DNA of 64,000 bases from an uncultured Clostridia bacterium (GCA_947588805.1 CANPYR010000006.1:7595-71594); one strand, 5' to 3'; shown: positions 1 to 8,876, numbered from the stretch's first letter. Notes: generated by a model from the letters alone, not told the origin. A program made the numbers and translations.

Positions 1-1690
1 CTCCGAGATAGAAAAGCCCGCCGTTTAACGCGTACATATCCGCTTTTTCGGTCTCTCTGACCTCGTATCTCGATCTGAAGCCGCCCGCTTCGGCTCTGTC
101 TTCTTCGTTAAGAAGCAGGTCGTTAAAAAGTCCGTACCCTATGTCGTACTGCCGCTCGGGTTCCGCGCCGGTATCGAATTCGTATATCCATTCAAACCTC
201 ACCAGGCTGTCGCCGTTATAGTTTGCGATCTTGGATATCTCTTCCGTAGCGTCCTCAACGTCGTTTACGATTATGAACATACTCGGAACGATAGAAGCAA
301 CCGCTTCTCCCGGCTCGAACATCTTATGGATCGGCCTTACGTCAAAGGTCTTTCCGCGGTTAAACGAAATAGTGGGATAGCTGTAAGTCCCGGTAGATAA
401 ATATACTAAAGCTTCCCCGCCGCCGAGAGCTTCTTTAGTCCCCATGGTATCGTTGTAGTCTTTTAAAGGGACGAAGAAAATTTCATAAAGCCCATCCAAA
501 ACCCCGATCGCGTTCATGGTATCTGCAGTTGCGGGATCCGCTTCTATTCGGTCTCGGGAAAGGACTCCCGCGGTATATGCGCAGCGGTAGTCTATAGTAT
601 TATTTATTCCCGCGCCTTTTCCGGATACGTATTCTTCTATCTTTTCCTTGAGCCTTTCAAGCTTTGCGCTTCCCTCTTCTCCCATCATGGAGCCGTCGTC
701 GAACGTCATGCTGTAATTAAGCTCGCGGGGGTATCTCGTTTTAATCGTGGTTTCGGTATCCGCATAAAGGCAGGCGGTGGAGGATATCATCACAAGCACC
801 ATCGTCGAAAGCACGCAGATAGAAGCGAGCCCGCCGCCGTTTCTTTTCATCCTGTATACCATCGAGGAGACCGAGACGAAATGCTGAGGGCGGTAATAGA
901 AGCGCTTATTTTTCTGAAGCGCTCTTAGAATTATCACCGAGCCGGATATCATGACAAGATAGGTACCGATTATTACCATTATTACCGCAAGGAAAAACAT
1001 AGTGATAGCAGAGAGCGGATTTTTGACCGTCACCGCGATATAATAAGCTCCCGCCAAAAGCGCCGCGCCTACGAGTCCTAAAAAAATATTTCCCTTCGGC
1101 GGCTTTTCGCCTGTGTTTTCGCTCTTAAGAAGATCTATTGCGGTCGAAGTCCTCAACTGTCTTAGGGAGTTAAGGAATATAAGCGCGAAGATAATTCCGA
1201 ATACGGCGGCGGTTCTTATCACCGACGGCAGGGATACCGAAAAATCATAGCTTATACTGCTTGATCTCATCACGTTCACCAGCCCGAGCTCGAAAAGCTT
1301 AGAAAAAAGTATCCCGATACCGAGACCCAAAATAAGAGATATCGCCGCGCAGATAATACTTTCGCACATCATTAAAAGCGCGATATTTTTCTTTCCCATC
1401 CCGAGGACGTTATAAAGTCCGAACTCCTTTTTCCTTCTTTTAATAAGAAACGAGTTGGTATAAAACAGAAACAGACAGGAAAATACCGCCATTATACCGC
1501 CGCCCATTCCCAAAAGCGACTGAATTATATCCCCGCCCCTGATAGCGGAAACGGCTTTATTAGATGAAAGAAAGAGTATTATATAGTGCATTACTATCAT
1601 GACGGTGCTCGTGAGAAAATACGGAACATAAAGTCTTGCGTTCTTTCTTATCCCGTCAAAGGCGAGCTTTGGATAGAATCCGATCTTCAT
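1..1690 (-). CDS. BceB-type FtsX-family ABC transporter permease (first ~563 codons; gene continues past the left edge)
   Basis: Absent from the ORF track because it is open at the window edge. Hand translation of the minus strand from ATG 1690 (ATGA overlap with the ATPase stop) reads [33 protein letters not shown]...LIKRRKKEFGLYNVLGMGKKNIALLMM... with no stop down to position 1. Seven predicted TM segments are followed by a large hydrophilic loop, which is the BceB topology. Confidence 0.85.
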   Translation of the reverse strand, partial: MKIGFYPKLAFDGIRKNARLYVPYFLTSTVMIVMHYIILFLSSNKAVSAIRGGDIIQSLLGMGGGIMAVFSCLFLFYTNSFLIKRRKKEFGLYNVLGMGKKNIALLMMCESIICAAISLILGLGIGILFSKLFELGLVNVMRSSSISYDFSVSLPSVIRTAAVFGIIFALIFLNSLRQLRTSTAIDLLKSENTGEKPPKGNIFLGLVGAALLAGAYYIAVTVKNPLSAITMFFLAVIMVIIGTYLVMISGSVIILRALQKNKRFYYRPQHFVSVSSMVYRMKRNGGGLASICVLSTMVLVMISSTACLYADTETTIKTRYPRELNYSMTFDDGSMMGEEGSAKLERLKEKIEEYVSGKGAGINNTIDYRCAYTAGVLSRDRIEADPATADTMNAIGVLDGLYEIFFVPLKDYNDTMGTKEALGGGEALVYLSTGTYSYPTISFNRGKTFDVRPIHKMFEPGEAVASIVPSMFIIVNDVEDATEEISKIANYNGDSLVRFEWIYEFDTGAEPERQYDIGYGLFNDLLLNEEDRAEAGGFRSRYEVRETEKADMYALNGGLFYLG

Positions 1691-2451
1691 ATATTATCCC
1701 CTCCCGTAGTAAGAAGCGTGAGGGTATCGGTGATCTTCTGATACATCTCCCTGTCGGAGCCGTTGCCCCTGTAAAGCTGATGATAAACTTCGCCGTCCCG
1801 TATGAAAAGCACTCTTCCGGCCACGCTCGCCGCCTTGGTCGAATGCGTTACCATTATAATGGTAAGCCCTGTGGAATTTACCTCCCTGAAAAGTCTTAAA
1901 AGCTCGTCGGAGGATTTTGAATCAAGAGCTCCCGTAGGCTCGTCCGCAAGAATAAGCACGGGGTCGGTTATCATCGCCCTTGCGACCGCGGCGCGCTGTT
2001 TCTGTCCTCCCGAGATCTCGTAGGGGTATTTTTTCAAAAGCGCCGATATCCCGAGCCGCTGAGAAATCCCCATAAGCTTAGACTGCATTTCCTTATAAGG
2101 CTTTCCCGCCAAAACGAGCGGAAGATAGATATTATCCTCTACCGTAAACGTATCAAGAAGGTTGAACTCCTGAAACACAAAGCCGAGATTATCACGCCGA
2201 AACGCTGCAAGAGACGACTCTTTGATCTTAGAAACGTCGAGTCCCTCAAGCATTACCGTACCGCCGGTAGGTCTGTCGAGCGCGGCGAGGATATTCAGAA
2301 GAGTCGTTTTGCCCGATCCCGATTCTCCCATCACCGCGACGAATTCTCCCTCCTCGACCGAGAAGTTTACATTCTTAAGCGCTTCGACCTTTGTTCCTCC
2401 GAACCGCGAGGTATAGGTCTTTTTAAGTCCCTGAACTTCAAGTATGCTCAT
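1687..2451 (-). CDS. ABC transporter ATP-binding protein, BceA/MacB-type
   Basis: 254 aa. Walker [13 protein letters not shown] signature ISGGQKQR, Walker [13 protein letters not shown]. Translationally coupled to the permease. Confidence 0.95.
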   Translation of the reverse strand: MSILEVQGLKKTYTSRFGGTKVEALKNVNFSVEEGEFVAVMGESGSGKTTLLNILAALDRPTGGTVMLEGLDVSKIKESSLAAFRRDNLGFVFQEFNLLDTFTVEDNIYLPLVLAGKPYKEMQSKLMGISQRLGISALLKKYPYEISGGQKQRAAVARAMITDPVLILADEPTGALDSKSSDELLRLFREVNSTGLTIIMVTHSTKAASVAGRVLFIRDGEVYHQLYRGNGSDREMYQKITDTLTLLTTGGDNI

Positions 2452-2537
2452 TTTTTATCACTCCAGAAAAAAGAATCCGAGAATTGCTTCCCGGATATTA
2501 TTCTACGGTATTTTTGCTCGGGTTTCAATTGATTTGT

Positions 2538-2574
2538 CTTACAATTTCGCGGTGAAAACTTACAGTTTTGTAAG
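2538..2574 (-). promoter_or_regulatory. Candidate response-regulator operator upstream of the ABC genes (CTTACAA ... CTTACA-N4-TGTAAG)
   Basis: In the 137-nt gap between the kinase stop and the ATPase start. Palindrome cttacagttttgtaag at 2559-2574 plus a third half-site cttacaa at 2538-2544. The position fits a BceR-type regulated promoter. Confidence 0.4.
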
Positions 2575-2588
2575 ATTAGCGGCGGCGC

Positions 2589-3581
2589 TTATTCCCATCT
2601 TTCCTCCGGCGTCCCTAAATCCAGCCTTATCTTAGTTCCCTTCCCCGGCTCCGACTCCGCGCTTATCCCTATCCCCAAATTCTTCGCGGTCTGCCTGCAA
2701 AGATAAAGCCCGAGCCCGCTCGCATGCTTTTCCGCTCTGCCGTTCAATCCTGTGAAGCCCTTTTCAAATATCCTCGGAAGATCCTGAGCGTCGATCCCTA
2801 TCCCCGTATCTTCAACCGTGAGAATATGCCCCGGCTCCATCCTGACCGAGATCTTTCCCTCGCGGGTGTATTTTAGAGCGTTCGATATTATCTGCTCCAA
2901 AAGAAACTCCATCCACTTCTGATCCGTCACTATCTTTTCCCCGGTCTTCCGATAGTCGAGCGAAAGCTTTCTGTCAATAAATTCCGGCGCGAATTTTTTT
3001 ATCACCGAACCGATTATCGCGTCCAGCTCCTGCTCTTTGAATACGTAGTCGGTATCGCTTGAATCCAGCCGCAAGTACGCAAGGACCATCTCCACATAGC
3101 TCTCGGTCCTCATAAGATCGGTCGTCAGCCGCCTTGATAACGGGGTATCCTCGGACTGAAGCGTCAGTCTCATCGCCGCTATCGGAGTCTTTATTTGATG
3201 CGCCCAGACGGTATAGTAGTCTATCATCTCGCGGTATCTCTCGGAATCCCGGTTCTCTATCTCTATTATCTCGTCTTTAAGCCCGAAAATTATATCCGAA
3301 TAGTCTCTTATTATCAGGCTCCCGCTCTCCGGCAGGGCTTCTATCTCTCTTCCGGAAAATGTCTTTAACGTTTCAAGGCGTTTATGAAGCTCCTTAAAGC
3401 GGTAAAAATCAGCAGCCGCCAAAACCGTTGCCGCGGCAATACAGATAGCCGCGGGATAGAGCGCAGCCTTTACAGGAAGTCTGTAAAGCAAAAAAGAACC
3501 TGCAAACACCGCCGAAAATCCCAAAAATATCAGAGCGGAGTTTTTTCTTTCCTTTAAATATTTTAATATCATTCCGAACAT
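2589..3581 (-). CDS. Intramembrane-sensing histidine kinase (BceS-like)
   Basis: The ORF track gives 2589..3650. I place the start at ATG 3581 (MFGMILKYL...), 5 nt after the regulator stop. Two N-terminal TM helices with a minimal loop, H-box WAHQIKTPI, GHKL blocks NALKYT, DTGIGI, GLGLYL. Confidence 0.9.
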   Translation of the reverse strand: MFGMILKYLKERKNSALIFLGFSAVFAGSFLLYRLPVKAALYPAAICIAAATVLAAADFYRFKELHKRLETLKTFSGREIEALPESGSLIIRDYSDIIFGLKDEIIEIENRDSERYREMIDYYTVWAHQIKTPIAAMRLTLQSEDTPLSRRLTTDLMRTESYVEMVLAYLRLDSSDTDYVFKEQELDAIIGSVIKKFAPEFIDRKLSLDYRKTGEKIVTDQKWMEFLLEQIISNALKYTREGKISVRMEPGHILTVEDTGIGIDAQDLPRIFEKGFTGLNGRAEKHASGLGLYLCRQTAKNLGIGISAESEPGKGTKIRLDLGTPEERWE

Positions 3582-3585
3582 AATC

Positions 3586-4257
3586 TCACTCCACGATATA
3601 ACCGACTCCGTGACGTGTGGAGATAAAGCCCGAAAGCCCCGCCGCGTCAAGCTTTTTTCTAAGCCGGTTCACGTTCACGGTCAGCGTGTTTTCATCCACA
3701 AAAGAATCGGTATTCCAAAGTCTTTCCATAAGTCTTTCACGGCTCACGACGTTTCCCCTGCTCTCCAAAAGGCAGAGAAGTATCCTGTACTCGTTAGGCG
3801 TAAGCGGGATGGCGGAGCCGTTATAGCTTAAGCTTCCGTCGCCTGTGTTCAGGATAGCGCCGCGGTGCTCGATCAGCGGAACCGAGCCGGAAAAGTCGTA
3901 GGTTCTTCTTAAAAGCGCCTGGATCTTCGCAAGAAGGACCGAAAGATCGAATGGTTTCGCGATAAAATCATCCGCGCCGAGATTCATCGCCATTATAATA
4001 TTCATGCTGTCCGAAGCGGAGGAGATGAAAATAATCGGGACTTTTGAAAGCTTTCTTATCTCCGAGCACCAGTAGTATCCGTCAAAAAACGGAAGGGATA
4101 TATCAAGAAGCACAAGCTGAGGGTCGGCGGCGGTGAATTCGCTCAGAACGGCTCGGTAGTCCTTCACCGTCACCGCGTTCATCCCCCAGAGCGCAGCCTG
4201 TTTTTCGACAGCCTGCGCGATAGAACGGTCGTCTTCGACTATAAATACGGTGTACAT
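3586..4257 (-). CDS. OmpR/PhoB-family response regulator (BceR-like)
   Basis: 223 aa. Receiver domain (FIVEDD, LLDISLP) plus a winged-helix C-terminal domain (LTPNEYRILLCL, TRHGVGY). Confidence 0.95.
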   Translation of the reverse strand: MYTVFIVEDDRSIAQAVEKQAALWGMNAVTVKDYRAVLSEFTAADPQLVLLDISLPFFDGYYWCSEIRKLSKVPIIFISSASDSMNIIMAMNLGADDFIAKPFDLSVLLAKIQALLRRTYDFSGSVPLIEHRGAILNTGDGSLSYNGSAIPLTPNEYRILLCLLESRGNVVSRERLMERLWNTDSFVDENTLTVNVNRLRKKLDAAGLSGFISTRHGVGYIVE

Positions 4258-4448
4258 ATTAGCTCCTTAGGTTGGTTTTTATTTGAGTATAGCACAGTTT
4301 TAGGGAGAATGCAAGACGTGCGTTGAGATATCAGAGGGCAGAAGGCAGATATCGGAATTACAAGGGTTTCGTCTTCGGCGAGGATTTTAAAAGATTGAAA
4401 TGATATGTGATGAGTGGCTGTTCTTGTGCAGCAAGCAGGGGAGGGGAG

Positions 4449-4970
4449 TGCGGCGGGATGAGCGGGAGAGGGCAGGAAAACATTGCCGGTTTTGTTCCCG
4501 TTCGACTGCCCTCAAAACAAAGCGTTAAAACTTGCTTTTCGGACTTCGCGGTCATAAACGACCGACCGCTCGTCCTCAAAGAGTTTTAATCGCGTTGTTA
4601 AACGACCGCTTCGGTTGTCTCACGGACAAAACTCGGCAAGTTTGGCGGGCGCAGTCGGTAGTGCTTCCGCAGGAAAGTAGCTCGTCCCGCCGCGCGCGCA
4701 GTGTTAGTCAGCGCGAAATGATATTCGGAAGCAGGAAGTTATAGGTTTAGATAGCAAAGCTTTATCTCTGCACAGTAGTAAAATTTGCGGCAGAGACCTG
4801 CGGTTATATTATGCAGGCTTTTTTGCAGTAAGTAACTGAGTTGTAGCCGCAAAAATTTAATCAGCACTGCGCAGCGCTGAGACCACGGCAAGATGAATAC
4901 GCGGGCGCGGCTTTCGATCCCAACAACCTTCTGCTTATCTTCCCCTTTGAGACTCCCACCCCGGGCGCAG
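4449..4970. repeat. Long inverted repeat, left copy (IR-L)
   Basis: The reverse complement of 8185-8708 aligns along the whole length. The outer ~212 nt (4451-4662) differ at only about 8 positions by hand alignment. The inner ~310 nt are clearly homologous but much more diverged. Confidence 0.9.
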
Positions 4971-5035
4971 GGAGTGTACAAATCGCCCTCATTATCCCCA
5001 CTAATTAAATCTGTCACCAACGGTGACACCTTGAA

Positions 5036-5069
5036 ATTCTGACAATCTGACTTCTGACTTCTGTCCTCT
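5036..5069. repeat. 7-nt array (CTGAC-type): attctgacaatctgacttctgacttctgtcctct
   Basis: Direct reading. Followed by a perfect 9-bp hairpin (5071-5093) and then the promoter at 5109. Confidence 0.85.
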
Positions 5070-5108
5070 TGATGTGGTCGTTTTGACCACATCTCGGGCG
5101 CAGCCCCC

Positions 5109-5137
5109 TTGACGCCGACCCACAAATATGCTATAAT
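5109..5137 (+). promoter_or_regulatory. Sigma-A-type promoter TTGACG-N17-TATAAT (TG-extended)
   Basis: TTGACG 5109-5114, TATAAT 5132-5137 preceded by atgc. About 38 nt upstream of ATG 5176. Confidence 0.65.
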
Positions 5138-5175
5138 CAATCATCCCCCCAATCACCAAAAAAGAGGTCCCCGCC

Positions 5176-5739
5176 ATGTCAAAAATATTCTTCATCTCCG
5201 GCCCCTGCGGCTGCGGGAAAACCACATTCTCAAACCTGTTCGCCCGGCGGCTTGTAAACGCTTCCGGACGGCCCGTATATATCATCCACGGCGACGACTT
5301 CCATCAGGGCTTTATCGAGCCCGAGGACAAGGGCGAATTCTTCGTGGACGGGAAAGCCTCCGACTCGGCAAAATGGGAGGATATCCTGAGATTCAACTGG
5401 GGCTGCATTCTTGAAACCGCCGGGCGAGCGCTTGAAGAGGGGCTCGACGTTGTGATAGATTATGTTATCGAGGATGAGCTCCCGCGCGTTATCGCGCTTT
5501 CCGAGAAATTTAGCGCCGAGCTTTACTATATCGTTCTCACTGCCGACAGTTCGGAGATAGAAAAAAGGATCCTTGAACGCGGCGATACCGACATGACGGA
5601 GCGCGCGATATTTTTAAAGAGAAAGCTGGAAGCCATGCCGGAAAATCGTGGCCGTCTGTATAACAACACCGGAAAAAGCCCGGAGCAGTCGGTAAAAGAG
5701 GTCGAAGCCGCGCTTGAAAAGTTCAGGGTAATATACTGA
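5176..5739 (+). CDS. Small P-loop kinase / AAA-family NTPase (substrate unknown)
   Basis: 187 aa. Walker A GPCGCGKTT near the N-terminus. Size and layout match small nucleotide or antibiotic kinases. Good promoter and RBS upstream. Confidence 0.7.
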   Translation: MSKIFFISGPCGCGKTTFSNLFARRLVNASGRPVYIIHGDDFHQGFIEPEDKGEFFVDGKASDSAKWEDILRFNWGCILETAGRALEEGLDVVIDYVIEDELPRVIALSEKFSAELYYIVLTADSSEIEKRILERGDTDMTERAIFLKRKLEAMPENRGRLYNNTGKSPEQSVKEVEAALEKFRVIY

Positions 5740-6271
5740 ATATTCGGTAATTTTAAGATGAATTTTGATAAATTAACTTGATATATCCTACCCTGCGTTA
5801 AGTTATGTGATAAATAGTCCCGAGACGATTATAGCGAGCGTAACAAAAGACATAATACGCGATCTGCGGATAAGCCCGGGGATGTATGTTGAATATCTCA
5901 GCCACCGAAAAAGCATTTAGAGATCTCCGTTTTCAAAGACGCTAAGCTATGATAGGCAGCTAACCGACATAAACGCCTGTAAACATCCAAACCTGAGCAA
6001 AGATTTTTAGTATGGCGATATGCTATAATGTCCTCAGGAAAGGAGAAGCGAATACTATGCGGGATTTACCCCCTCAAGAATAAAACTCAAGCTCACAAAA
6101 CGATGTTTAGTCATTAAACAGCGTATCCGATAAAAAATACCGTCCGCACGCCGAAAAGCCGATGCGCGGGCGGTGATTTATACTCTTGCGCAGGGACAGA
6201 CGGTCAAAAGACTGTGTATCCGCGCGCAATATTTGTTCCTGACGGATTTTAAAACTCTTTGAAAACCGAAA

Positions 6272-6729
6272 TCATCTCAGACGTTTTTCCATTGTGATTT
6301 CGTCGTCATAACGTTCCCCGGTCGAATAGAAGCCGAGTTTTTCATATAGGTTCTTCGCGGCTTCATTTCCGTCGATATAGCACAGAACGACCTTGTCAAA
6401 TTTGCCGTCGCGCTCCATTCTCTCTAAAATCAGGCGCGCAGCTTCTGTTCCGAAACCTCTTCCCCGGTAGCGCTCGTTTATAAAAAGCCGGCTGAAATCG
6501 TACGCGTTCATTTCATTCAGATCGTAATATAACGCCATTCCCACGGGAATACCGTCACTATAGACGACAAAGGCGTTGCTTCTGTATTTACGGTAGGCGT
6601 ATGCCCTTGCAAGAAGTCCCGCACTGTCGGATACGTAATTTTTTGAGCTTCGGAAACCTTCAGACCTAATCTCCGATTTTCCGGATCTATCTCCTCTAAT
6701 CTGATCGCCGATTTATTCCCTCCAATCAA
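6272..6729 (-). pseudogene. GNAT-family N-acetyltransferase interrupted by a 1-nt frameshift in a homopolymer
   Basis: ORFs 6517..6729 and 6272..6544 are the two halves of one GNAT. Adding one base to the A6 run (plus-strand T6 at 6639-6644) restores ...SEAQKNYVSDSAGLLARAYAYRKYRSNAFVVYSDGIPVGMALYYD...RYRGRGFG. Confidence 0.7.
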
Positions 6730-6827
6730 AGAATATCAAAAAATTTCCGTCTAACAGCCGTACTCTTATATTTCACATCAACCGTCAAAAACCGAAGCGT
6801 TCCTATATTATCGTTCCGCGCACATAA

Positions 6828-6864
6828 ATTCTGACCTCTGACCTCTGACTCTCTGTCCTCTAAT
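6828..6864. repeat. 7-nt array (CTGAC/CTCTAA-type) abutting the bcp stop
   Basis: attctgacctctgacctctgactctctgtcctctaat. The bcp TAG stop (complement of 6860-6862) is the TAG of the last TTAGAGG unit. Confidence 0.85.
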
Positions 6865-7318
6865 CGCGTATATCCGCAAGAGTCTCGGCGGGGTTTTCGG
6901 CAGCCTTCGCCTTGGCATAGATTTTCTCTATCTTCCCGTCCTTGTCTATAAGAAAAGTCGTCCTCACTACTCCCATAGACGTTTTCCCGTAAAGCTTCTT
7001 TTCCTGCCACACCCCGTAAGCCTTTATCGCTTCAAGCTCGGGATCCGAAAGGATGGTGAAATTAAGCCCGTACTGCTCCGCAAATTTTTTATGCGAAGCG
7101 ACGCTGTCCTTGCTTACGCCTAAAATGACCGAGCCGCGCTCTGTTATCTCGGGCTTGAGATCCCTAAACCCGCAGGCCTGTTTCGTACATCCCGAGGTAT
7201 TGTCCTTGGGATAAAAATAGAGTATAACCCGCTTTCCACGGTAGTCCGAGAGCCTATGCGCTTCGCCGCTTTGATCCAAAAGCTCAAAATCCGGCGCTGT
7301 CTGTCCGATTTCCGGCAT
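6860..7318 (-). CDS. bcp: Thiol peroxidase Bcp/PrxQ (peroxiredoxin)
   Basis: 152 aa. Signature YFYPKDNTSGCTKQAC with CxxxxC. Confidence 0.95.
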   Translation of the reverse strand: MPEIGQTAPDFELLDQSGEAHRLSDYRGKRVILYFYPKDNTSGCTKQACGFRDLKPEITERGSVILGVSKDSVASHKKFAEQYGLNFTILSDPELEAIKAYGVWQEKKLYGKTSMGVVRTTFLIDKDGKIEKIYAKAKAAENPAETLADIRD

Positions 7319-7981
7319 TTACTTTTCCTCCCCGTTATTTTTAATATTTTTGATATTTTTAATATTTTTAATATTCTCCGGCATGATCCAGAAACTGTTC
7401 ATACCGTGAAGATAAGTCTTAGCGCCCTTCGGCATCTGAACAAGCGCGTTGAAAGCGTTCATGTAGTCGCCCGCACCCATTCCTACCGCCATCGCTCCCC
7501 AGAGTCCTATGTACCAAAGCTCAGGAAAGATCATCCATAAAATATAGGGGATCATGCCGAAAACGACGTTCGGGAGCATGCACATAATGACAAACCGAGC
7601 CTTTGAGAACAGCTCCGGCGCGACTACGAAGCAGAGTCCCTTCTTAAGATTTGTATACATATACGCGTCGCCCTTGCAGCAGACCGCGTGAAGAAATTCG
7701 TGGGGGACTATCAGTATAAGCGTGCTTAATAAGCAGATTGCGACAAAGACCGCCAAGTACGGGATAAGACCGAATTTATCGATGAATTTACCTACTCCTT
7801 CATTCCCGAAGATCATCACCGGAACGATCAGAGCGAGGGTTATAACAGCCGACAGGGCGTTAAAAATTATCGGAAGCTTTTCGGCTGAAGGCTCCTTGAA
7901 CGGAACGAAGTCCGGCTCATGCTCGCGGGTGGGGAGGGCTTCATAGTTGCCGTCAAATTTTCCCATGTAGTGAAATTTCAT
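7319..7981 (-). CDS. Multi-pass membrane protein with an HExxH-like motif (DUF3267-type putative zincin peptidase)
   Basis: The ORF track start is GTG 8020. I prefer ATG 7981 (MKFHYMGKF...), 5 nt after AAGGAGG. HEFLHA motif within hydrophobic helices. The C-terminus NIKNIKNIKNIKN comes from a 9-nt repeat. Confidence 0.75.
   Translation of the reverse strand: MKFHYMGKFDGNYEALPTREHEPDFVPFKEPSAEKLPIIFNALSAVITLALIVPVMIFGNEGVGKFIDKFGLIPYLAVFVAICLLSTLILIVPHEFLHAVCCKGDAYMYTNLKKGLCFVVAPELFSKARFVIMCMLPNVVFGMIPYILWMIFPELWYIGLWGAMAVGMGAGDYMNAFNALVQMPKGAKTYLHGMNSFWIMPENIKNIKNIKNIKNNGEEK
7336..7376. repeat. In-frame 9-nt tandem repeat (tatttttaa x4) encoding (NIK)n
   Basis: Direct reading. Lies within the last codons of the 7319..7981 gene. 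Confidence 0.9.
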
Positions 7982-8040
7982 ATTTTCCTCCTTTTGGTTG
8001 GTCTGGTTATATTTTAGCACACGGGCAAAGGAATGTCAAT

Positions 8041-8127
8041 ATAGAAGACAGAGGTCAGAAGTCAGATTTGCGGGGAGAGCGATTTCTATCTTCTAACTTC
8101 TAACTCTCTAACTTTCTATCCTCTAAG
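8041..8127. repeat. Composite 7-nt array: TCAGARG units, GC-rich core, then CTTCTAA units
   Basis: atagaagacagaggtcagaagtcaga / tttgcggggagagcgat / ttctatcttctaacttctaactctctaactttctatcctctaag. Confidence 0.85.
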
Positions 8128-8184
8128 ATCAGCTCGCGTACGGAAGGACAAAGGACGGCGAGTCGTGCGCGTCAGCGCACTGGG

Positions 8185-8708
8185 CTGCGCCCGGGGTGGG
8201 AGTCGCAAAGGGGAAGATAAGCAGAAGGTCGTTGTGAGCGAAAGCCGCGCCTGCTGCTTTATCGTGCCGTGGTCTCAGCGCAGCGCAGTACGGTTTAAAT
8301 TCTTGCGGCTACATCACAGTTACGGACAGAAAAAAACCTGTTCAATATAACCGCAAATCTCTGCCGCTGATTTTACTGCTGTGCAGAGATAAAGCTGTGC
8401 TATCTAAGCCTACGCACCCTGCTTCTGAATATCATTTCGCGCTGGACTCAACTTCGAGCACGCGGCGGCGGGATTCGCTACTTTTCTGACTCATCTCTAC
8501 CGACTGCGCCCACCAAACTTGCCGAGTTTTGTCCGTGAGACAACCGAAGCGGTCCGCTAACAACGCGATTAAAACTCTTTGAGGACGAGCGGGCGGTCGT
8601 TTATGACCGCGAAGTCCGAAAAGTAAGTTTTAACGCTTTGTTTTGAGAGCAGTCGAGCGGGAACAAAACCGGCAATGTTTTCCTGCCCTCTCCCGCTCAT
8701 CCCGCCGC
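8185..8708. repeat. Long inverted repeat, right copy (IR-R)
   Basis: Reverse complement of IR-L (4449-4970). Both ends match exactly: ctgcgcccggggtgggagtc at 8185 pairs with gactcccaccccgggcgcag ending at 4970, and tcccgctcatcccgccg near 8708 pairs with cggcgggatgagcggga at 4451. Confidence 0.9.
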
Positions 8709-8876
8709 CGCTAACTTTTCCAATATCTCCCATTTAATTTTTCACTTCGCATCCAAAATATCCAATCATTTCTATAAATATCCATATATCCCTCAATTTC
8801 CCTCGTCATTCTATACAAACATCCCATTCCCAAATTCAGCATTCCTACAAAATTTTACAATCCTATCAAGAGACTA

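Noticed and set aside
2589-3650. Long form of the histidine kinase ORF, starting at 3650
   Set aside because: It would overlap the response regulator by 65 nt. The internal ATG at 3581 starts right after the regulator stop, and the first TM helix follows it.
4358-5140. ORFs 4358..4579, 4407..4589, 4532..4744 and 4739..5140, and their mirror ORF 8165..8350, with similar peptides (…GEDKQKVV…PWSQR…)
   Set aside because: They lie inside the two inverted-repeat copies, so the peptide similarity just reflects repeated DNA. There is no RBS, the frames are broken differently in the two copies, and the composition is not protein-like.
8506-8515. GCGCCCACCA resembling a tRNA 3' acceptor/CCA end inside IR-R
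   Set aside because: No T-arm (GGTTCGAATCC-like) or cloverleaf can be drawn upstream. The motif recurs as part of the dispersed GACTGCGCCC module.
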